From assembly GCA_030637925.1 (NCBI GenBank), contig DAOWFR010000080.1, positions 1 to 8,548 of the forward strand: a DNA stretch of 8,548 nucleotides, written 5' to 3'. Shown piece after piece: positions 1-5,232 of the stretch. Numbering within the stretch: the stretch's first letter is position 1; each line of letters starts with the position of its first letter. A program made the position numbers and the translations under genes. The DNA is from Methanobacteriota archaeon. GTDB taxonomy: Archaea > Nanobdellota > Nanobdellia > Woesearchaeales > SM23-78. Under the pieces are notes generated by a model. The model made no database searches and was not told the origin of the DNA. It saw nothing but the letters and a program-made list of their open reading frames with translations.

Positions 1-1
1 C

Positions 2-520
2 ATTAACCTAGCTGTTTACAATGCTTATGGAGAACAAGGCTGCATGGTTCCTAACATGTACTGGGGTCCTGGATTGTTTAGTCCTATGCCAATAATGGGT
101 AAGTATTTTCAATATTATAAATACAGCATAGCAAATCCTTATGAGCTTGGAAAAAAGAATACTGAGAGAATGATAAAAGAGCTTTACTCTGATAATTCTG
201 GTTGTTGCAGGTTTCACAGGGGCTGGATAGAAGAATTAATGCAGGATATTATTAACAAACACTTTAAATTGAATATTGATTTTTTTGCTCATCATAAAAA
301 ACTAGTACAAAAAATTAACCAGAATAACAAGAGTGTTTTCTGGGAAAGTGAGAGAGTAATAGACATAAACTTTGAATTCTTTAAAAAGTTCTTAAAAGAA
401 AACCCTGAAGACAAAGATGCAAAAGAATGGATTGAAAGATTTGAAAAAGATAAACTTAAAGCAGCAAAAGAGTACTGGGAAGAGATAAGAAAAGGAATAC
501 GTGATGGGTTAAAAGATTGA
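2..520 (+). CDS. Aldehyde:ferredoxin oxidoreductase (AOR)-family protein, C-terminal fragment; the 5' end lies upstream of the window
   Basis: The frame is open from nt 2 (INLAVYNAYGEQGC precedes the tracked Met at 44), so the window edge truncates the gene. 'YSDNSGCCRF' resembles the AOR DSxGxCxF Fe-S cysteine motif. 'SERVIDINFEFFKK' resembles the downstream GERIWNxERxFN helix. The C-terminal tail is Lys/Glu-rich. The family assignment is from memory and no search was run. Confidence 0.5.
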   Translation: MNLAVYNAYGEQGCMVPNMYWGPGLFSPMPIMGKYFQYYKYSIANPYELGKKNTERMIKELYSDNSGCCRFHRGWIEELMQDIINKHFKLNIDFFAHHKKLVQKINQNNKSVFWESERVIDINFEFFKKFLKENPEDKDAKEWIERFEKDKLKAAKEYWEEIRKGIRDGLKD

Positions 521-529
521 GGTGGAATA

Positions 530-1189
530 ATGAAACAAAACTGGTTTGTTATTTTCATGGGAGTGTTGTTTCTTGGCTCAATATGGGGTATTTTAGAAGC
601 AACCATGGGCAATGTGTTGCATTGGATTGGTCTTCATCCTTACACCGGCCTTATCATGACATCTATAGGCACAGGCTTGATGAGCCTTGCACGAAGACTG
701 TATAGAGTAAGAGGTATAGGAATATTTATGGGATTTATAGCGGCTGGTTTTAAAGCAATAGACTTTTTAATACCAGGAAGCAATGTGCTAAGACCAATTG
801 TTGCTATCATCTTAACAGCTCTTGCATTTGAATCAATCATGGCAGTAGCAGACAAAGTAAAGCAGATGCATGTTCAGCTTAACAAAGCACTAGCAGGCTT
901 TGCACTAGGCTATGTGTCTCTTGCTGCTTTTGCTTATTTCACAGCTTATGTATTAAAGTTTAATTACTGGCTAAAGATGGGAGCCTTAGGAATATTAAAA
1001 TATCTTGGAACAGAGGGATGGAAATTCGGCATAGGAGCAATGCTGTTCATGTTATTAGGGTATAATGTTGTTCCAATAACCGACAAGCTATTAAAAATAA
1101 GGCTTGATAAAATCGTAAGTACAAATCCATTCTATGCAGTGTCAGGAATATTTACAATAGCTGCTCTTATTTTTGTGATAGTGGTATAA
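530..1189 (+). CDS. Polytopic membrane protein of unknown family, about 7 predicted TM helices
   Basis: 219-aa ORF with alternating hydrophobic stretches. A GAGGTGG Shine-Dalgarno-like motif at 519-525 sits 4 nt before the ATG. The gene starts 10 nt after the upstream stop, and its TAA overlaps the next ATG (TAATG at 1187-1191). Confidence 0.75.
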   Translation: MKQNWFVIFMGVLFLGSIWGILEATMGNVLHWIGLHPYTGLIMTSIGTGLMSLARRLYRVRGIGIFMGFIAAGFKAIDFLIPGSNVLRPIVAIILTALAFESIMAVADKVKQMHVQLNKALAGFALGYVSLAAFAYFTAYVLKFNYWLKMGALGILKYLGTEGWKFGIGAMLFMLLGYNVVPITDKLLKIRLDKIVSTNPFYAVSGIFTIAALIFVIVV

Positions 1190-1689
1190 TGAACATAATC
1201 ATATCAGGAGCAAAACATTTTGGAAAAACAACAGTTGCACAAAAACTGGTTGAAAAACTAAAACAAGATAATATTCTTGTTGGTGGAATCCTCTGCATAG
1301 GAGATGATATTACAGATGTAATAACTGGTGAAAAACACAGATTTCTTTACAAACAAGAGATGCCTGATTCCCAGAGAATAGGGTCTAATTATATTAAGAA
1401 TAAAGTAATCAGATTTGCAGAGCAAACCATAGAAAACTCTGTTAAAACAGACAAATACACTGTGATTGATGAGTATGGTAAACTAGAATTAAAAGAAAAA
1501 GGCTTTCATAACATTACAAAGCAAAGCCTAGAGTCTAACAAATGCATAATTCTTATCAGAAACATCAATGTTAAGCCTTTCTTAGAAAGATTTAAGCAAC
1601 ACCAATTCAAAGTCTATGAAATTACACAGCAAAACAGAGATAATCTTCATAAAGAAATCTTTGATTATATTTCTGAATCAGTGCGCTAA
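1189..1689 (+). CDS. P-loop NTPase, THEP1/NTPase_1-like
   Basis: N-terminal Walker A 'ISGAKHFGKTT' and Walker B-like 'VIDEYGKLE' (family consensus is about iDEiGkmE). The 166-aa size is typical of archaeal THEP1-type NTPases. The start overlaps the upstream stop by 1 nt. Confidence 0.75.
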   Translation: MNIIISGAKHFGKTTVAQKLVEKLKQDNILVGGILCIGDDITDVITGEKHRFLYKQEMPDSQRIGSNYIKNKVIRFAEQTIENSVKTDKYTVIDEYGKLELKEKGFHNITKQSLESNKCIILIRNINVKPFLERFKQHQFKVYEITQQNRDNLHKEIFDYISESVR

Positions 1690-1854
1690 AAAAATCCTTT
1701 CCCCCATAAACCAAACAGCAGACAAGCCCAGGAGTATAACCATTATTCCCAGCACAATATCAAACTTTGCACCAAAGAGCCATACCATAACAAGCCTGAT
1801 GCAGACGTAGATTAATAGAATGTCCCTTATAATTCCTCTGATGCCTGTCTTCAT
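1678..1854 (-). CDS. Small two-TM membrane protein, 58 aa, below the ORF-track length cutoff
   Basis: Hand translation of the minus strand gives MKTGIRGIIRDILLIYVCIRLVMVWLFGAKFDIVLGIMVILLGLSAVWFMGERIFLAH*, with ATG at 1854-1852 and TGA at 1680-1678. It has two clean hydrophobic helices separated by GAKFD. A TATA-like ATTTAATAAATA (plus 1885-1896) lies about 35 nt upstream. The 3' end overlaps the convergent NTPase gene by 12 nt. Confidence 0.35.
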   Translation of the reverse strand: MKTGIRGIIRDILLIYVCIRLVMVWLFGAKFDIVLGIMVILLGLSAVWFMGERIFLAH

Positions 1855-1896
1855 TTTTTTCTTACCAAGAAAGTTATTGCTAAGTATTTATTAAAT

Positions 1897-2163
1897 GCAT
1901 GCCTGGAGGTGGATAAGCTGAATAAGCACTAGCTTACCCTGTTCTTTCCTCCGCTCCGCAACCCTCAAAGCACCCTTTTCAAAGCTTAGAGCTGCTTTGT
2001 TCCCAATCTGACTCGGTTCACAAAGATAAGAGCCAATAAGGACAGAGCATCGACGGTCCAAACAGGACTAATACTCAAGGAGCAAACCGCCCCCCAGGCT
2101 TCAGCTCCTGCATACATCCCATTTCAGGTAACAGGGAAGGGCGAACTCCCCAGCCTAGCACAC
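1897..2163 (-). ncRNA. ffs: Signal recognition particle RNA (archaeal 7S / SRP RNA)
   Basis: This is the only GC-rich island in the window and has no credible ORF. The minus strand reads GCUAGGCUGGGGAGUUCGCCCUUCCCUGUUACCUGAAAUGGGAUGUAUGCAGGAGCUGAAGCCUGGGGGGCGGUU. That parallels the archaeal SRP Alu-domain 5' consensus (GCUAGGCCGGGGGGUUCG...CCUGUAACC...GAAGCC..GGGGCGGUU), including the UGUNR turn. The helix-8 motif GUCAGAUUGGGAACAAAGCAGC (plus 1991-2012) matches GUCAGGUCCGGAAGGAAGCAGC, with a GGAA tetraloop and AGCA loop. The 5' GUGUGC can pair with the 3' GCAUGC. The ends are approximate to a few nt. Confidence 0.9.
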
Positions 2164-2172
2164 AGAAGGAAG

Positions 2173-2190
2173 TTTTTATTATTTAAAAAG
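2173..2190. promoter_or_regulatory. AT-rich bidirectional TATA region between the SRP RNA (-) and the MBL hydrolase gene (+)
   Basis: The sequence is TTTTTATTATTTAAAAAG. On the minus strand, TTTAAATA (2180-2187) is centred about 21-27 nt upstream of the proposed SRP RNA 5' end (2157-2163). On the plus strand it would place a TSS near 2200-2210, upstream of the GTG at 2266. Confidence 0.45.
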
Positions 2191-2265
2191 TTGATGAAAA
2201 ACCACTCCAAACCAAAAACCTTATTAACCAGAATTAACCTTCCACTCTATATTGGGGGTGTTTTT

Positions 2266-3084
2266 GTGGAGAATACTGTCTTATTCTTAGGCACAGGCGG
2301 AGACTCAATAGTTGTAGGTAAGCAGATACGTGCCAGCGGAGGCATTATTCTTGAGCTTGAAGGCAACCAGTTCTTACTAGACCCTGGTCCTGGTTGCTTG
2401 GTAAGAGCTAGGCAAGCAGAGGTTAGTATTAGGAATACTATTGCTGTTCTTGTAAGCCATGCTCATACTAATCATTCCAATGACTTGAATGCTGTGCTTG
2501 AAGCCCTGAGTGTTTCTGGTCTTGACAGGATAGGTGTGGTTGTGTGTAATAAGAAGGTTGTTAATGGTGATGAAAAAGAATTACCTGTTCTTAAGAATAG
2601 GAGTCGTAACTTTGTTGAAAAAATCCTTCCTCTTGGTCCAGGTTCAAAAATAAGTATTAATAATGTTAATATAATAACCACAAAAACCAAGCACTTTGAT
2701 TCAGAAGGCACAGGCTTTATATTTGAAACACCTAAGTACAGAATAGGTTATACTTCTGATACTGAGTTCACAGAGGAAATAGCTGACCAGTATAGCAAGT
2801 GTGGAATGCTTATTCTTAACTGTAAACATCCTTTGGGTGTGAAGCAAAAAGGTCATCTTAGCACTGATGATGCTATTAAGTTTATACAAAAAGCAAAGCC
2901 TAAATTAGCAGTAATAAATCATTTTGGAATAAAAATGATAGAAGCCAACCCTATGTATGAGGCAAGAGAGATACAAAAGGAGTCCAAGGTGGAAGTGGTG
3001 GCTGCTAAGGATGGCTTATTGATTAATCCAGTGTCTTTTTCTTCAAGAATGAGGCAGGTGACACTGGAGCCTTTTGGTGAATAA
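2266..3084 (+). CDS. MBL-fold metallo-hydrolase (RNase Z / PhnP-like beta-lactamase superfamily)
   Basis: Family motifs appear in order: N-terminal FLGTGG, LLDPGPG, SHAHTNH (an HxHxDH variant), KH, YTSDTEF and INHFG. I place the start at GTG 2266 because GGGGGTG (2254-2260) lies 5 nt upstream. The tracked TTG 2191 / ATG 2194 starts fall inside or just after the TATA region shared with the SRP RNA, and they would add 25 non-family residues. The stop at 3084 is firm. Confidence 0.8.
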   Translation: MENTVLFLGTGGDSIVVGKQIRASGGIILELEGNQFLLDPGPGCLVRARQAEVSIRNTIAVLVSHAHTNHSNDLNAVLEALSVSGLDRIGVVVCNKKVVNGDEKELPVLKNRSRNFVEKILPLGPGSKISINNVNIITTKTKHFDSEGTGFIFETPKYRIGYTSDTEFTEEIADQYSKCGMLILNCKHPLGVKQKGHLSTDDAIKFIQKAKPKLAVINHFGIKMIEANPMYEAREIQKESKVEVVAAKDGLLINPVSFSSRMRQVTLEPFGE

Positions 3085-3095
3085 AAACAACAACC

Positions 3096-3103
3096 TTTAA
3101 ATA
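3096..3103 (+). promoter_or_regulatory. Candidate TATA box for the 3130 gene, implying a leaderless mRNA
   Basis: TTTAAATA is centred about 27-30 nt upstream of the ATG at 3130, and there is no SD-like motif in between. Confidence 0.35.
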
Positions 3104-3129
3104 ACTCTTTCTTAAATAATAATTTTATA

Positions 3130-3684
3130 ATGGCTTTTTTTGTTTTCAGCATTAAACTCCTGCTTCAAAGGTTTGCTGAACTAGTAGGAGGTCCTTTTGT
3201 TAATTCTAGCATGCTCTGGATTGCTCTGCCATTACTAGTTACCTTGATAGTAATGGAATTATATTTTGGCAGGTACAAGAAAGAGAAACTTGGCTGGAAC
3301 ACAGCTTTAACCAATACCCTTGTTCTTATCTTTGTCTCATTAAACCTTTTTCAGCGTGTCTTCACAACTTATGAAGGAGGTTTTTTCAAGGTGATAATCT
3401 CAACAGGGTTTTTTGTGTCATTACTTGTTTTCATACTAGGCATTCTCTTATTCCTAACTGACTTCTTTCATTGGATATCAAAAAAGATAGCTTTTGTAAT
3501 CTCTGCTCATCTGTCAGTAAACACAACTGCTTATGTAGCAGTAGTTATAGTCTATAACCAGCTTCCTCTTGACTTTATGACCATACTTGCTTGGCTGCTG
3601 CTGATAATACTCTTAGGAATAATCTTTTTCTTTGTAAAGAGAGTAGAACCAAAAGCAGAATCTAAAGAATTAAGTGATTCATAA
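3130..3684 (+). CDS. Polytopic membrane protein of unknown family, about 5 TM helices
   Basis: 184-aa ORF with repeated hydrophobic helices and a charged C-terminal tail (VKRVEPKAESKELSDS). Its 3' end overlaps the convergent protease gene by 6 nt. Confidence 0.7.
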   Translation: MAFFVFSIKLLLQRFAELVGGPFVNSSMLWIALPLLVTLIVMELYFGRYKKEKLGWNTALTNTLVLIFVSLNLFQRVFTTYEGGFFKVIISTGFFVSLLVFILGILLFLTDFFHWISKKIAFVISAHLSVNTTAYVAVVIVYNQLPLDFMTILAWLLLIILLGIIFFFVKRVEPKAESKELSDS

Positions 3685-4617
3685 TAGCAAAATAATAACA
3701 TAACCCGCAAAGCAGCCAGCAGTTATAAAAGGCATTGCAGGATAGAACTTGTCCTTTTTTGCAAATATAAATAATAAACTAAGAGCAATCATTGTTGTAA
3801 AAGTTATTATTAAGCTCTGGTAAAGAGCAGCTGTTTTTGATAAGCCCTGTACTATAAGATTCTCCATTACAACTCCTGTGAAGATCAAGGGAAAAGCAAT
3901 ATCTCCTCCTCCTAGAATAGCGTTTTTTCTTTGAACCCTTTGCTTTGATATTTTTGATGCTTTAAAACTTTTAGGAGGCCCTGCTATTTTCCCAACTTCT
4001 GCTTCAAGACCTTGTTTCTTAGGAGTGTAAGGGATGAACAAGCCTGCAAACACCTTGCTCTTAACCTGGAACTTAGCCATTCTTACCATGTGCTTGCTCT
4101 TAAAAACAGCATAAACATCATATAATGAGATTATTATTAAGAGGATAGCTACCCAGAGTATATTAAGCATAGGAACAAGAAACACTGCAATACCAGCATA
4201 CATCAATAGCTCTGTAATATTATGGACAAAGACGTTGGGTTTCCAAACCTTTAGGATAGCAAGTATAAGAGCTATTATTAATGCAATGAATTTGTGAAAA
4301 ATAACTCCTAGTGCAAGGCTTATGGCAATGAACACTGCTAGGAAGAACCAGGTTTTCCATAACTTAATCTTTTTCATCCTGATAATTAGCAACACTAATA
4401 ATGTGCCTATGAGCAAGCCTATTGCTATGTAAGCAAAAGCACCCATACTTGTTACTTCTGGTCTTGGACCAAGGCTTGTTTCCTCATGAACAATAGTTGT
4501 AACACCTTCAACAACCTTGACTTCTTTGATATCAATATTAACAAGTGCCAATCCAATAAGTTGTGCAAGTACAAAGAACAAGACCAGGATTATAGTAATC
4601 TTTAAGTCATGTTTCAT
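3679..4617 (-). CDS. Presenilin/signal-peptide-peptidase-like intramembrane aspartyl protease (archaeal PSH type, A22 family)
   Basis: About 9 TM helices carry the family's three signature motifs in the correct order and spacing: a YD motif in a TM helix ('SLYDVYAVF'), GxGD ('LGGGDIAFPL') after a basic cytoplasmic loop, and a PAL-like 'YPAMPF' near the C-terminus. Confidence 0.85.
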   Translation of the reverse strand: MKHDLKITIILVLFFVLAQLIGLALVNIDIKEVKVVEGVTTIVHEETSLGPRPEVTSMGAFAYIAIGLLIGTLLVLLIIRMKKIKLWKTWFFLAVFIAISLALGVIFHKFIALIIALILAILKVWKPNVFVHNITELLMYAGIAVFLVPMLNILWVAILLIIISLYDVYAVFKSKHMVRMAKFQVKSKVFAGLFIPYTPKKQGLEAEVGKIAGPPKSFKASKISKQRVQRKNAILGGGDIAFPLIFTGVVMENLIVQGLSKTAALYQSLIITFTTMIALSLLFIFAKKDKFYPAMPFITAGCFAGYVIILLL

Positions 4618-4704
4618 ACCAAGAATTTATCTAACTACTAGTATTTAAGGGTTTGCAAATCTTTCCAAAACACATTAAAACTAATAAATAATCCTTAATA
4701 AAAA
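4618..4704. promoter_or_regulatory. Divergent promoter region between the protease gene (-) and the DUF54-like gene (+)
   Basis: On the minus strand, CTTAAATACT (plus 4640-4649) is centred about 28 nt upstream of the ATG at 4617. On the plus strand, ATTAAAA (4674-4680) is centred about 28 nt upstream of the ATG at 4705. Neither gene has an SD motif, so both may be leaderless. Confidence 0.35.
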
Positions 4705-5148
4705 ATGAGGTTTGCTAATAACATCAAAGTCAGTGTCTTTGTTAAGCCAGAAGAAGACGAGGCAAGTATTAAAAAACATCTTTTAGCTTTATTCCCTTTT
4801 GACTTAGAGCAGGAAAAAATAATTTTTAATAGGAGCAATGCTACTGGTTTTAATCAAAAAGAAATAGTAATTCTTGAAGTTGATTTAAAAAAAGAGAGGC
4901 ATACAAACGCTTTTCTTAACTTTCTTAAAGAAAAACTTAATGAGCAGCAAAAATCAGTTCTTGTAAAGCAGGAGAACAGACTTGATGATGAGTGCAACTT
5001 ATTCATTAGATTAGATAAGAATAAACTCTTGAACAATGAGTTTTGGATTACAGACTCTGGAGAGTGCTACCATATAAGGATTAGTATTGCTGCTTTTCCA
5101 AAGAAAAAGGAAAAGGCAAGGGTAGTGGTGGAGAAGATATTCTCTTAG
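4705..5148 (+). CDS. DUF54 / COG1325-type RNA-binding protein ('predicted exosome subunit' family)
   Basis: The 147-aa size and pattern (IKVSVFVKPEEDEASIKKHLLALFP ... ATGFNQKEIVILEV ...) match my recollection of the archaeal RNA_binding/DUF54 family. No search was run. Confidence 0.5.
   Translation: MRFANNIKVSVFVKPEEDEASIKKHLLALFPFDLEQEKIIFNRSNATGFNQKEIVILEVDLKKERHTNAFLNFLKEKLNEQQKSVLVKQENRLDDECNLFIRLDKNKLLNNEFWITDSGECYHIRISIAAFPKKKEKARVVVEKIFS
5098..5148 (+). repeat. Left copy of a diverged direct repeat, formed by the 3'-terminal 16 codons plus TAG of the DUF54-like gene
   Basis: Nt 5116-5145 match 7603-7632 at 26/30 without gaps (offset 2487 nt). The core AGTGGTGG[A/G]GAAGATATTCTC is 20/21 identical (5124-5144 vs 7611-7631). 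The encoded peptides are PKKKEKARVVVEKIFS* and PQKKKKRAREVVGKIFS*. Confidence 0.8.
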
Positions 5149-5176
5149 AGGCCTTTGATGTTTTATAATAAAAACC

Positions 5177-5227
5177 TTTTTATATGGATACTTTGCTCTC
5201 AGGATAATATTATGATTTGGGAGGGGT
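5177..5227 (+). promoter_or_regulatory. Candidate TATA box plus strong Shine-Dalgarno site for the 779-aa gene
   Basis: TTTTTATATA lies at about 5176-5185. GGGAGGGGT at 5219-5227 lies 5 nt before the ATG at 5233. Confidence 0.45.
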
Positions 5228-5232
5228 AACAT

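Noticed and set aside
1616-1810. A 64-aa plus-strand ORF overlapping the NTPase 3' end.
   Set aside because: It overlaps the NTPase gene out of frame by 74 nt, has no promoter or SD motif, and has a low-complexity polar sequence. The antisense 58-aa two-TM ORF explains the region better.
1937-1952. The minus strand contains GGAGGAAAGAACAGGG, reminiscent of the RNase P RNA CR-I motif GAGGAAAGUCC, so I considered RNase P RNA for the GC-rich island.
   Set aside because: The motif lacks the GUCC continuation. The rest of the element matches the SRP RNA Alu-domain 5' consensus and the helix-8 GGAA/AGCA motif much better.
2191-2265. The tracked TTG 2191 / ATG 2194 start for the MBL hydrolase.
   Set aside because: These starts lie inside or abut the AT-rich TATA region shared with the SRP RNA. 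They lack an RBS and add 25 residues upstream of the family's N-terminal FLGTGG motif. GTG 2266 with a GGGGGTG RBS fits better, although 2194 remains possible.
4636-4643. The palindrome TACTAGTA in the protease/DUF54 divergent promoter, superficially like the TrmB TACT-N3-AGTA site.
   Set aside because: An 8-bp palindrome is expected by chance many times in 8.5 kb of AT-rich DNA, and this one lacks the N3 spacer. It is not reportable on its own.
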